The position numbers and the translations under genes were made by a program. Below, piece after piece: positions 1 to 12,713 of a stretch of DNA of 64,000 bases (its first letter is position 1; each line of letters opens with the position of its first letter). Source of the stretch: Eledone cirrhosa (Eukaryota); contig OZ024740.1 in NCBI GenBank assembly GCA_964016885.1, forward strand, positions 339,698,001 to 339,762,000. The letters run 5' to 3'. The notes beneath the pieces were generated by a model. It was not told where the DNA came from, did no database searches, and saw only the letters and a program-made list of their open reading frames with translations.

Positions 1-237
1 TTTTCTTCTTTTCGGGTTATAGCTACTGTCGCTCAGAGAGTGGGATTGGCTCAGTGCACAGTCTTTCCTCACTTTAAAAAATATTTTCATGCACAGGCAT
101 TGCACGATAGAATTAATTAGTAATTATTAATAATGGTATATCATGCAATGGCCATACTCGATAACGAGGAGGCAGCTATCAACATATATATATATAAGCA
201 CACACTCACATGTGTGCGCTTGTGTGTGTATATACAT

Positions 238-355
238 ATGAAAGACTAGTGTCCGAAATGTTAAAACGCCTTTCCTACTATATCAAGCATTAAACTAATA
301 TATATATCATTGTACTGTATTGATTGATGGGTTGTTTCTACTTACTTTTCTTGTA
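238..355 (+). mobile_element. Penelope-like pseudo-LTR relic with 5'-truncated hammerhead-like motif
   Basis: TGA-AAGAC-TAGT-GTCC-GAAA-TGTTA between (TA)n tracts; clearly homologous to 47566-47685 (shared CTATATCAAGCATTAA.CTAATATATA). Confidence 0.45.
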
Positions 356-377
356 TATATATATATATATATATTTC

Positions 378-820
378 TAGGGCAGGTAAAATTCCAAAGA
401 TCCATGGATGAGTTCTCTCTAGCAGTCTCTGTCCCTCATTATCGCTGCCATGTCCTGCGTCTCCAACAGACCAGTGTCTGATCTTAGGACATCAACATAT
501 GTTAACCTTGGACTTCCTCTTCCAGTGTGAGATTGGTGTGGAAGTTGAACCTTCGTAAAGACCTGAAAATCCGCCTCTTCATTGCTGTAGTGGAGTCTGT
601 GCTGCTGTACGGGTCTGAGACTTGGACACTGACCAAGCAACTCACTCAGATGGTGGATGGGTGCTACACGAGAATGCTAAGGATGGCTCTGAACATTAAT
701 CAGTATACACTGAGGATGAAAAAGTCAGAGCTGTATGGAAGCCTCCCAAAAGTCAGCTCAAAAGTGACACAGAGGAGACTGAGGTTAGCTGGACATGCTC
801 ACCGACATCCAGAGTTGATA
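378..820. mobile_element. RTE-clade LINE 3' fragment with internal inversion
   Basis: + strand ~535-820 encodes RLFIAVVESVLLYGSETWTLTK...RRLRLAGHAHRHPELI; - strand ~540-380 encodes the downstream C-terminus GRGSPRLTYVDVLRSDTGL...MRDRDC; (TA)n on both sides. Confidence 0.8.
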
Positions 821-1884
821 TATATATATATATACATATATATATGTGTGTGTGTATATACCATTATCATCATCATTGGAGAGAGAGAGAGAGGGAGGGA
901 GATAGATAGAGAGAGAGAGAGACCATGTCTGTATTTGTGTTTTTACCAGTCTAGAAATCATGTTACCATGTCCTGTATGTACCTTAATGTAGTGGTTCGA
1001 CAAATAGACATTGATAAAATAAGTAACATACTGAAATCTATACTGGAGTTGATGTGAACAACTTTTGTCCCAGAATTGTATTCGCCAATCTATGCCTACA
1101 ATAGAAGATACTTATATAAAGGGCTGCACAATGGGATCAAACTCAGAACCACATGGTTAGAAAATGAATGCAGTAGTAGTTGCCATTCTTGTCATATTCA
1201 TGGCAGTGGTCATAGTCATCATAGTAGTAATGGCAGTGGTGATGATGTTGATGATGACTACATTTTCAATTTAATTTTATGGAGAAACAGTTGTTAATAT
1301 GATGATGATGATGTTTGTTGATGGTGATAATATTTGTGAGGATGATGATGGTGTTGATGATGATGATAAATTTGAATTTTCAATTAATTTTATGGAGATA
1401 AACGGTCATGATGATGATGGTGGTGGGGAAGGAGCATTCTTTCAGTAGGAGTTTCTAATAAGGTTGTTTTAATGTCCCCCTCTTCATTATTGAATTCCAG
1501 TTTATGAAATTATATCAGTTTTAATAATTTGAAACTAAAAACCCTTTTTAAAAATCCTTAAGAGCTGTCAAAAGAAATACCTATTAAAATCCACTCCCTC
1601 TTGCCCCCTCTTTGTTTACAATATACACTGTCTATTTGAAAACATGTCATCAGTTATGATGTGGGATTTATTTTAGCCGTAGGTCAGCTTTCAATGATAA
1701 ACCTATTAGCAGATATCTCTTATACTTGACCACCCCATCATTTTGATCAAGCATAGTGTTATCTATCTAAGACCTCCATTGATCAGGTCTGCCATGTACC
1801 TGTTCCTGAAAGGTTCCTCTCCAGAGTTCAGGCTTAGGTAAAATATTTTGTTGAAGACTAGCATTTTCTCAAGCAGAAATGTTT

Positions 1885-2210
1885 GGTATTTTATTTTATT
1901 AACACCTGAAGAATGAAAATCAAAGTTAACCACAATGGAATTTGAACTCAAAACAAAGAGCTGAAAGGAATTTTCTCTTAGACTAATGTTGTTGCAGATA
2001 TTGCCATCAAAACATAAAGAGATTGAACAATAACTTTAAGTCATTTCATCCAGTGTTCTAGCAATACTGCCAATCCACTGCCCTAGACTAACTAGCAATT
2101 TATTTTATCTTTCGACATCAGAAGCATGAAAAGCAAAGTTGACCATATCAAAATTTGAACTCGAAACACAAAGAGCTAAAACACTAGTGATTCTGCCAAT
2201 CCATCGTATT
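1885..2210 (-). mobile_element. Degenerate tRNA-derived SINE fragments (family A)
   Basis: Reverse complements of the B-box GAGTTCAAAT, GTTAACTTTG..TTTCAT and head TGGATTGGCAG seen in intact copies such as 12714-12900. Confidence 0.65.
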
Positions 2211-2282
2211 AGATAATAGCTTTATTTATGACTATATTATCTAATGCCTGATTCCTTTTTTATGACAGTAAGGGACATTTAA

Positions 2283-2494
2283 CCTTGTTGCTATTTACAT
2301 TACTCTGTATATACGATTGTATATTTGTGGTAAAGGCTTTATCTTACATAATTATCTCACATAATATCAAATGTATGAGATTTTGAGGTTATTTATGATG
2401 AGAACAATAACTTAACATCACTATGAGTGGTCAGTTATGGTCAATTTGAACAGAAAGAGGTGAGAGAATTCTGGCCAGTTTAAATACTAAAGAG
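2283..2494. mobile_element. piggyBac-type MITE (degenerate copy)
   Basis: TTAA on both sides; ends resemble CCCTTTAGCATTTA/TAAATGCTAAAGGG; internal sequence homologous to 35642-35862. Confidence 0.7.
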
Positions 2495-2498
2495 TTAA

Positions 2499-2878
2499 AC
2501 AGTAAAGAAATTTCCAAGAACAAATACATATAGACAGTAAGGAACTTTCCAAGGACAAATAGATGTAGACAGTAAAGAACTTTCCAGGGGGAAGACACTT
2601 GTAGACAGTAAGGAACTTTCCAGGGACAGTTATATATACATATAGACAGTAAGGAACTCTCCAAGTACAAATATTTATATATTGATAGTAAGGAACTGCC
2701 CAGGAACAGATACATACAGACAGAAAGGAATTTTCCAAAGGATAGTATATGTAAACTGTAAGGAAATTTCCAGAGGCAGATATGAAGAGGGTAAAGAAAT
2801 GTTCAGAAGACACTTGTAGGCAGTATGGAACTGTCGAGGTACAGATACATATAGACAGTAAGGAATTTTCCAGGGGAA
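2499..2878. repeat. Minisatellite, ~39-40 bp unit, ~10 copies
   Basis: Recurrent (TAG)ACAGTAAGGAACTTTCCA(A/G)GG..CA.ATACATA; explains the repetitive ORFs 2431..2715 and 2487..2813. Confidence 0.85.
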
Positions 2879-3639
2879 ACTAAGTGGTTGATGCTGATTG
2901 AATAAGCTCTTGGATAGATAACACTATATTTGAACAAAAAGAGGGGATAGTCAAGGTTGGAACATATTTGAAAGAAATTTGGTTTCTATTTCTAGCAAGT
3001 TGAGTAATACTCCTTCACTGAATTTATTATCATGTGGGTTGGTAGAATGCCTTTAAATTGGTGCTGGGGCTGAATTCTAACCAAACTAAAGCTACACAAT
3101 ATTCTATCTTTATAGCATTCTATAACTTTAGAAATATCATATAATACTGCACTTTTTTATTTTGTATTATTATTATTATTATTACATCATCATCATCATT
3201 ACTACTTCTACTACTATTTCATTTCTTAATTGCCAGCATCCTAATGTCTTTTGCTACTCTCCGCTATTCTATTATAGAGAAAGAAACTCACGAGAAGTGT
3301 ATCTCAATAAAACACTATAGCTTCCAAAATCTGAAAGAGATGTTATAGTACTCATCTATTGTCTATGACTATTGTCTGTGATTTCTACATTCTCTCACTC
3401 CTTCCGTTCCTCCCCTCCCTCCCTCTCTCTCTCTTTTTACTTTTACTTCTTCGTCTTCTCTGTCTATTCTTCATATACCACCACTCACTACTATCTTTTC
3501 GAACATTATTATAAAACTTTCTTTCTGCCTCAGTAACTGTATTATCAGATTTCAGAACACATTTTTTGATATATTAATATATTCACATCAATTTTCTACT
3601 GTAACCCTTATTTTCTGCTGGATCAATATCTGCAATTGT

Positions 3640-4356
3640 GTATACATGCATATATATGTATTTAGGTATGTATGCACATATATACATACATAACATACAT
3701 ACACATACATACCTACATATACACATACATATACACACATACATACATACACACATACATATACACACATACACACACACATAAATACACACATACATAC
3801 ACACACACATAAATACACACATACATACAAGTATGCATGTATATGCACTAGGGATATCTGTAGTTATACATCATGGTGTTGTATGAATAATACCACGTGA
3901 TTGTGTATCTGGGTACATTATCAACTTCTGTATGAATACACACACATGCACACACTCACACACACTCTCACACATACCCACACACATATACACACACACA
4001 ACATTTACACACACACACACATTCTCTCACACACACATATATATGTATATATACATCTCTCTACATACATTATATCTACTGGGTTGCTATTTATACACAC
4101 ACATACTCACTCACACACATATATATATATATATATATACATCTCTCTACATACATTTATATCTATTGGGTTGCTATTTATACACACACATACTCACTTA
4201 CACACACACATATACATCTCTCTACATACATTTATATCTATTGGGTTGCTATTTATACACACACAGATACACACACACATATACTCACACACACATATAT
4301 ATATATATACATCTCTCTACATACATTTATATCTATTGGGTTGCTATTTATACACT
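3640..4356. repeat. Compound (CA)/(TA) microsatellite with 4 copies of a higher-order unit
   Basis: ACATCTCTCTACATACATTTATATCTATTGGGTTGCTATTTATACAC repeated 4x (4052-4356) with variable CA/TA spacers. Confidence 0.9.
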
Positions 4357-4444
4357 GGATTCTGTTATTTCTACACTATAGAATTATGTGTATAAAATTT
4401 AGTGTTGCCTATATAATATTCTATCTAAATTTGCGTATATATTA

Positions 4445-4712
4445 CTGTAGAGTGGTTTGACAGCATTATTAGAACATTAGACAAATGCATTGTTGTACTT
4501 GATCCAATGCTTTGTGTTCTCAGTTCAAATCCTACTGTGGTTAACTTTGCCTTTCATTCTTTTGGAGTCAATAAAGTATCAGCCTGGGTTGGTGAATTGT
4601 CAGAATTGTAAGAGCATTGGATGGCATGTCTTTCAATATCTGTTTTGTCTGTGTGCATTCTGAGTTCAAATCCTACTGAGATCAACTTTGCCTTTTATCC
4701 TTCTGGGTGTTG
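4445..4712 (+). mobile_element. Two tandem partial family-A SINEs
   Basis: Two (G)AGTTCAAATCC B-boxes each followed by AACTTTGCCTTT.AT.CTT. Confidence 0.7.
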
Positions 4713-5671
4713 ATTTTCTCCCACCACCTCTCTTTCCTTCTCTCGCTTGGAATCAGTTATGTTATGCTTTAAGAAAGGTTGTGATGGACAATCCTTCTCC
4801 ATTTCTAAAGAAATGGAGAAGGATTGAGCAAGGAGATAGCTACAACTTCTTATACAAAGACTGATAAGCTACAAGGACAGACCAATGTGCAGTAGAGCAT
4901 GGAAAGGAAATAAAGAAAAAAATATATTATATATTATTGCATGCATATCTGGGTAGATATTTTTGTACGAATACTTATGAACAATTGTGAATATGATATA
5001 TTATTTGTACTATTGTGCATATATTGTACTGTATAGAAGCATATATGAAATGATATACAATATATTTATGTATAATAAATCTACATAAGTCTTGTTGTCA
5101 GTATTTTAAGCTGTGATTATATCACAGCTACCCCAGTAACTGTGATTTCAGCATCTTTATACATAAATATAGTTGCAAAAATGTATATACAAGCTGTCAG
5201 CTTATTTTGCCTCAACACCAAATGAATAAACATCACTGAAAATGGATAAAGATCCTGAAATACTAGCATTTGGTATTCTAATATGCTTACTGAGGTAGGT
5301 GTGACATGATCACAGCTCAAAATACCCACAGAAAAACTTATGTATGTATTTTTTCATATATACCTCTATCTGAATCCCACTGTGTTAATACTACTGCTAA
5401 TTATACTGCACATACAAATGTGTGTATGTTAAAACGACAATGATGATGGTTATATATTATCATCATCATCATTTTATATCAGGTTTTCCCTGCTTGCAAG
5501 GGTGTGACGGGTCCTCTTCAGCACAGCATCTCTCCCTTTTGTCACAACCCTTCATCATCTCCTCTGTGAGCTTCAGCGATCAGAGATCAGCTCTCACCCC
5601 CTACACCCATGTTTTTTGTGGTCTTCCTCTACTGCATCTTCCTATAAATATATATATAGAGAGAGAGAGCA

Positions 5672-5962
5672 AATTCGAAGTTTGAAAGCCATATAATGCG
5701 GGTTTGAACAGAAAATAATTAAATCATAAGAAACAGGTTGTTTTTTTTACCTTAATTTATTCATATGTGCTGATATTTCGAGATTAATATCTCTTCTTCT
5801 GAGGAAAATAAAGGAACTATTCCAGTGTCCAATGTGGCTTGGTATAGAAACAACCCGTTTCTTACGATTTAATTATTTTCTGTCCAAACCTGCATTGCCG
5901 TGGCTTTCAAATTTCAAATTCTTCATACCATATACAATGCTTCAAGTAAACTACAAATTCCT
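5672..5962. mobile_element. Fold-back (inverted pseudo-LTR) element with hammerhead relic
   Basis: ~75-bp inverted arms (5672-5745 / 5848-5920); spacer on - strand reads CT-CAGAAGA-A-GAGAT-ATTA-ATCTC-GAAA-TA-TC-AG; flanked by TA/GA repeats. Confidence 0.6.
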
Positions 5963-8339
5963 TATATATATATATGTGTGTGTATATATATATATGTAAT
6001 ATTGATAAATCTGTCTATATATTAATGTATAGAGAATGTCATATATATATATTGTATGTACAACATATCTGTAAAGTTTGTATGCATTCTAGTGTAAATG
6101 CAATTTTATACCTTATACTGTAAAGATATGTTGTATGTATTTGATATTTTACATGCATTTTTGACTATATGTACTGTTGTGTAATAGTTATATATATAAT
6201 TTCATATATGATGATTTATATATGCATATATGTGCATATATATATCATATTTTATATATAGCTGTGAATATATTATGCGTTCTATATAATTATGTCTTAC
6301 CAAGGCTGAAATATTAGTCAAGAATTTGCAACAATATTTAGCAATATTTAATCAAGCTTTTCGCCATAAATCAAAAATATCTTGTTTCTCTCTGAATTAT
6401 TTATTTTCCAGGCAATTCTATTTTCCTAAACCAAATAATGTACTATTTCGTACACTTAATTAGTTATTCTTTCATATCTACTCTGGAAGTGTAGTTCAGT
6501 ATATGCTTTACTGGTGATGATAAAATAAGACCATATCTAGATTTATTTATCCCCCATATTTACTGGAAAAATGGAAATAAGAAATATTATGTGCATGAGG
6601 AAAAGTAGCTGAAAAAATACCAAGGAAATGGCAGAAATAGTATAAAAAATTAACACTGTCCTATGTGGTTCAGAAACATCTTTTTATTGTTCTCATGCAA
6701 ATTATTCCAGTCAAAATACTCATACATGTGTCTTGAAACAAACCAATGCGGGTGTATCTGTGTTCCCTCAATCTTCTAGAAATAGCAGTTAAATCTCACT
6801 CAAAAAGCAATCTACCATCTTTAAAACATAAAAAGACAGTGGATAATGTAAACTAATATAAGGTATATTTGAAAAGATTGACAACTGCTACTAGTGTACT
6901 TTTAATCATATGTCTACTAAACCAGAGCTGGCCTAGAACTGCAAACGAATTATAAAATATTAAGAACATCTGAAGGAAATTTAAACTGAGAAGCACATCA
7001 CGTGAACATTAGATTCCATAAAGTATCCAGTCTAATAATATTAATCTGGCTTCTTATTCCCACCAGAAAATTACTTCTGAAATATCTATGACTAAAAACT
7101 CATAGTTTGTCTATCTCATAATAGAATGATGAAACTGATGTTATAGTCTGCACAATAATTATAACTTTTAGACTTTTATGTGGCAGCATTAATCATCAAT
7201 CAGATTAATGAGCAAACTTTATGGAGTTAGGTTAATGATCAGAAAAGTTGCACCCATTGGATTATTACTGTTCTCACTTTCAGGCAAATAAAATATTCCC
7301 TAAATGTATTTGATGACAGTCAGAAATAATTGCAAATTTTCTCTAAATTATTCTTATGGTTGTGCACTTTCTTTTTGAACTCAACTAATGATGCTGGTAC
7401 AAATATATATATAAAAAAAAAAAAAGGATTACTGAGTTTGTGATGTTTTCATGAGATTCTAGAATCACAATACGAGCCAAGATAAAATTTAAAAATAAAC
7501 TTGTATTTGCTAACTAGTACAATAAACCTTAGATCATACGACTATAACATTACTTGATCACAAAATACATTTTTGCTGTCTTTAATTGTACGCCTAGAGA
7601 GTTATCTACATTGAGAGTTATCTACATTGCACTGTAGATTTGCTTTATAATAAGCTTAAAGAAACTAATTTCAAAATGTCTACTTTGCAGAAATTCTGCT
7701 GACTTAAATAAACTTCATTTTAATTCATGTCATGTGACAAGGTATCCTGTTAAGTAATGCACTGTATTAGTTGATAATCATGTGTAAATCTCTTTAATAG
7801 TCACATGCACCATACTATTTAGTTCTTCATGAAACCTTGGAAACTCAATGAGCTTCTATATAAACGCAATCACAATCTCTTGAATGTAAATTTGGTCATG
7901 GATTATGGATCATATATATATATATTGTTAATATAGGAGTTTTGATCTTGGAAAATACGACTAATTATCTTCAGAAATGTAGTAATTATGGCGTAGGTGG
8001 TGTTTCAATGGCAATATATGCCTTTTGAAATTGATCTAATAAAGATAGAACAAACTCACAAAATATATTTTACACTGTGTACATTTTGTGCATTTCTTCT
8101 TTACATGTCCCAAATATTTTTAAAGCATTAATTTTAATATTTATTACTTTTAAATACAGAGAATTTATGAAAACTATTATTCGAGTGTGATGTGATACAG
8201 GGAGAGAGAAAATAGGTAGGCATGGCTGTTAGGTGCAGGTTTCATTATGAAGTGAAGAAGTTCACTGTATTGCACCTTCAATAAGTGTCTATTTTAACTT
8301 GGAGTTGACCAATGCCTTGTGAATTAATTTAAATAATAA

Positions 8340-8860
8340 TAATGAAAATATTGTGTACAGTGCTCAGGTGCACTACAACTCATCAAAAGTGTATGTATAG
8401 TACATAGGGCAATGTACAAACGTCAGGAAAATGAACAGTGCATGTGTATGGAAGGAGGACATCAGGTGTAGTTTTGGCAAATTTCGGGAAGCATGAGGGT
8501 TTTAAAGGATCCAGTGCCTCGGCAGCTAACAACTGACGCAGGCAGTTTGTTCCATGCTTCAGCAACTCTAAGCGTGAAAAAATGTTTCCGAAAGTCATGG
8601 GACGTTCTTTCCTGGCAAGTCGGACCGCTGAAGTTTCCCAAATTGCACTTTTGGGGTGGAGGTTTTTTCTGCTTATGTGGCACTGATGCTGCACACGCTA
8701 TCCATATTGAGTCCAGGATGTTCTGGAGTATAGTGTTCACATCTCCAGAGTTATAGAACTCATGCCAGTTTGGGAGCTGTAGCTCAGTGCAGTACAAGTT
8801 CTAATCTGCTTTCTTCCAATCAAAGCAAGCAGATTGGCAGTTGGGAACTCTACAACAGCC
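8340..8860 (-). mobile_element. Internally deleted CR1-type LINE
   Basis: FDWKKAD*..NWHEFYNSGDVNTILQNILDSIWIACAASVP (post-endonuclease linker) runs in frame into SHDFRKHFFTLRVAEAWNKLP (C-terminus); 3' tail shared with the 22505-24235 copy. Confidence 0.75.
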
Positions 8861-8865
8861 TATCT

Positions 8866-8897
<32 letters not shown>

Positions 8898-8999
8898 GAG
8901 AGAAGGTACATGGTTTAATGGTTAGAGCATTGGGCTTACAATCATCAGGTTGTGAGTCTAGAGTTGCACTCTACTAAGAGCATTTATATTGTGGCACCG

Positions 9000-10190
9000 G
9001 CATTTGGGAGGTTGTCATGTATTTTACCTTGTTTTGGCATATTTACCCTTTCTATCACCAATCACCTTACAGGGTGTACTGGGTGCATTTTCTGTGGGAT
9101 CAGCACTAGGAAGAGGTTGTTGTATCAGAACTGGAGGGCCCTTTCAACCATTTTTGACATGGTTTTTTATAGCTGGAAGCCTTACCTAACACCATCTACT
9201 TAACAGATGGCTTATGTTGAGACATCATCCCTATGGAGGTTGTTGGTGGTAGACTCAACTGATGGGCTCTCTCTACCCTATGCAGGAGTGAAGAAATAGA
9301 ATGTGGAAAGTGAGGATGATAGGTATATCATGGGTAAATGATAAAAGGTAGAGATTGTGACAAATTTATTGTCAGTAGAGGGCTACTAAGTTTACTTTGC
9401 TTTCTAAGTTTACTTTGCACTCCATAATCTCATGTCTTCCTATGTCTACCTCTTCTATGAGCCCCATCTACTGAGAATTCTCCCCCATATCTTTATTCAG
9501 CTGTCATCTTTCCTATGCATTACATGTCCTCACCAGTGCAGTCTTCTCTCCTACAAACTACACCTAATTTTTTTATGCCAAGTTTTTTTTGACATCTTGC
9601 TTATACTACATCATTCATGCACACTAATATTACACATCCATCAGAGCATACTCACTTCATTTTTTCAAGCATTTTCAGGTCTTCTCCTATCAAGTCCCAT
9701 GTATCACCAAGTTTTTTTTGACATCTTGCTTATACTACATCATTCATGCACACTAATATTACACATCCATCAGAGCATACTCACTTCATTTTTTTCAAGC
9801 ATTTTCAAGTCTTCTCCTATCAAGTCCCATGTATCACTGCAGTTGACATGCAGGTATCATACAGTGTACCATTTACTCTGAGAGAGAAGTCCTTTGTTGT
9901 TAACAGATATACTAACACCCTATAAGTCTTCCAGCTCATTCTTAGTCTTGCTGCCACACTTTCAGAGCACCTCCCCACTACTGATTAGTCACTTAAGTAA
10001 CAAAAACTGTTTTGTAGGGAGCAATTTCACATGGGCTCTTAGTGCTTGCTTATACTGTGCATCTGTCAAATACAAAGTCTATCTTTGCCATTAACCTGCC
10101 TGTAATCTCACTATATCTTTTGTGCATCCATAGATTAGACTGTGTACATCTTATGGAATATCTGGCCACCCCTTTTCAACATATTATAAT
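9000..10190 (-). mobile_element. Old degenerate RTE LINE 3' part with ~129-bp internal tandem duplication
   Basis: Similarity to the 48.7-52.3 kb element (MLRWMCN region, tail motif); 9578-9706 duplicated at 9707-9837. Confidence 0.65.
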
Positions 10191-11123
10191 AACATAGCAA
10201 ATATTTGTCTCTGTGTCAGCAAGAAAAAAGAATATTTGATCTTGAATTTAAGCTATTCTTTATCTTTTCTGTTAAGTAAAGATAACAATTAAGTTTATCT
10301 CTATAATTAATGTGTGTGTGATAAAGTATAAAAGCAAGAATTGACCAAGATGTTTTTCAGCTTTAATAAATATATTTTGACTCTACTTCTAGTATTGAGT
10401 ACTTTCTCAGTTAATATTTTATTGTTTTTATGTATACTTACATATATAAAACTCACCCATTAACATACATACATCATAATACATACACACACATACATAC
10501 ACTCATACATTCATGCATACATACATGATCATCACTGATTTATGTCCGTTTTTCTGTGTGTATATATTTTTGCGTGTGTGCGCATATATATATATATATA
10601 TATATATCATCTCATAATGCATTTTTTTGATAGCATGAGTATGTGTTTATATTTCCTATTTACAGAGAGTTTTTTTATCTCTTAAATGTTGGTTGTATTG
10701 ATGTATGTTTATCTATTTATGGGAGAGCTTTGTGTGTGTGTGTGCACACACGTGTGTGTGGGAGAGAGAAAAAGAGAGTGTGTGTGTGTGTGGCTCTGAT
10801 TATATACCTCTTTCTTGCCTGAATAATTTCCTGCCCACACAGACACACACACACACATGCACACAATATAAACAGCAAATGTTAGCCTTAGAGAAATTTA
10901 AACTGTCTTTCAGAGGAGAAAATAAATTGTATTAATTTTGTTGAATCTAAAGTTTATTGCTGTGTTTTCTAATTAGAAATTATATTTGTAAGACTAGATC
11001 AATATATCAGTTTTCTTCAGATTCAACTTGTGTATCTGCAGGCTTCCATTTCACATATTAGCAACAATATAACATTGACAGATGGAGAGAGAGAGAGAAC
11101 AGGGGAAATAACAGGAGAGAAAG

Positions 11124-11177
<54 letters not shown>

Positions 11178-11794
11178 TATGAGAGAGAGAGATAGAGAGA
11201 GAGAGTGTGTGTGTGTGTGTGAGAATGAGGAAGTGAAGAGTAGAGTGAGAGTTAAAGAGGGAGAGAATTATAGTTTATCAATTTATTTAAATATGATTTT
11301 GTTAATCTTATTATAAGACAATTGAATTTAGGAGAGTTCCGTCTGTTTAGGCAGTTCCATCAAAGGGCAACTATAGTTTGAACAAAACTAGCCTAGTGTA
11401 TTATTTTCCATCTCCATATTGTTTCTGTAGTTGGCTTCTTCCTCAATCAACCTTACACAATCACTGACTCCATTATCTGGCTTTTTTGTCCATTTCCCTC
11501 CTCTATCTTTGTCCTTTACCCATTCTATTATCCCATTGTATATCAGCTGTGTCTTACATAAAAAGATATATACTTTACTGTCAGAATAAATCAGAAACCT
11601 TATTAAGATTATGTGTTTTAACATCTTGTCATGTGATATGTTTAACACACAAATAGTTTTATTTTATACACACATCAATCTTTGTTTAAAGTTAAATACT
11701 CATCAACTAATTTCCCTCGTTTCTCCCTCCCCCAATCCCTTTCTCTTTCATGCACACATTCAAATAAACATGTACTCGCATACACTGTGCTATC

Positions 11795-12155
11795 ATCATC
11801 ATCATCATCATCATCATTTTACGTCTGCTTTTCCCTGCTTGCAAAGGTGGGATGGGAACTGATTCTGGCTTGATTTCTACAGCCGGATGCCCTTCCTAAC
11901 ACCAACCTCATTTACAGTGAGTGCTGGGTGCTTTTTTTCCATGGCGCCTACACGTCCACTTTACAGTGTGGGCTGGGTGCTTTTTTTGCAGTGGAATGAT
12001 AGGGACCCCAGTCCTATCATCTCATTTCTACAGCTGAGTAAACTGGAGCAATGTGAAATAAAGTGTCTTGCTCAAGGAAAAACACATCACCCGGTCTGAG
12101 AATTCAACTCACAATCTTTCGATTGTAAGGCCAATGTGCTAACCACTAAGCCATG
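11795..12155 (-). mobile_element. tRNA-derived CORE-like SINE (family B) with RTE-derived 3' tail
   Basis: Head TGGCTTAGTGGTTAG (A box) and GAGTTGAATTC (B box); core CCTTGAGCAAGACACTTTATTTCACATTGCTCCAG; tail GGTTGGTGTTAGGAAGGGCATCC.GCTGTAGAAATCAAGCCAG; (GAT)n end. Confidence 0.8.
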
Positions 12156-12177
12156 TATCTATTATAATCCATAATAA

Positions 12178-12432
12178 CCTTTTCATGTCCATATTTCCAA
12201 CAAAAATAACTGTCTGTGTATTTCAATTAACTTTGAAAATAACTAGCAATTTAGAAGGATTTTATAAAATAATTAACTTTATCATATACAAGCTGATGAT
12301 GGAACATAACATAACAAAACGTATTTACATAGAATTATGATGGAATGCTTTCATTTAGATATAGATCTTTAAAATTGGTAGTTTTGTATCATAAAACCAG
12401 ATGTGGTGTTGGGTACATTGTTGCCAAAAGAG
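12178..12432. mobile_element. piggyBac-type MITE (second family)
   Basis: Left end TAACCTTTTCATGTCCATATTTC and right end AAAGAG-TTAA; homologous in reverse to 59190-59454. Confidence 0.5.
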
Positions 12433-12713
12433 TTAAGAGACAGATTCCATTTGCCACTAGTCAATATTGTGAAATCCAATGAACTTGGTCTCTAGACTGC
12501 TGCTTTTTCTTTGACAAATTGATATGAGAGCATCATGTCTGAGGAAAGAGCTCCTGGATATTGCTAGCTGTTTCTTTGTGGCTAAAATATACTCTTCCAC
12601 CAAGGCTGAAAAGTCTACAGTATTTTCTCTTGTTTTTTTCTCTTTCATGTTTGTTATTGTTTAATGTATATTTTATATTATATACATCTATCATACATTA
12701 TATTTTATACATT

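Noticed and set aside
4858-4910. CTGATAA...GAAA possible hammerhead
   Set aside because: Stem II does not close adjacent to GAAA and there is no stem III or NUH triplet
12457-12610. Possible - strand exon after TTTTCAG
   Set aside because: All frames close before a credible donor site, and there is no homology I can recognise
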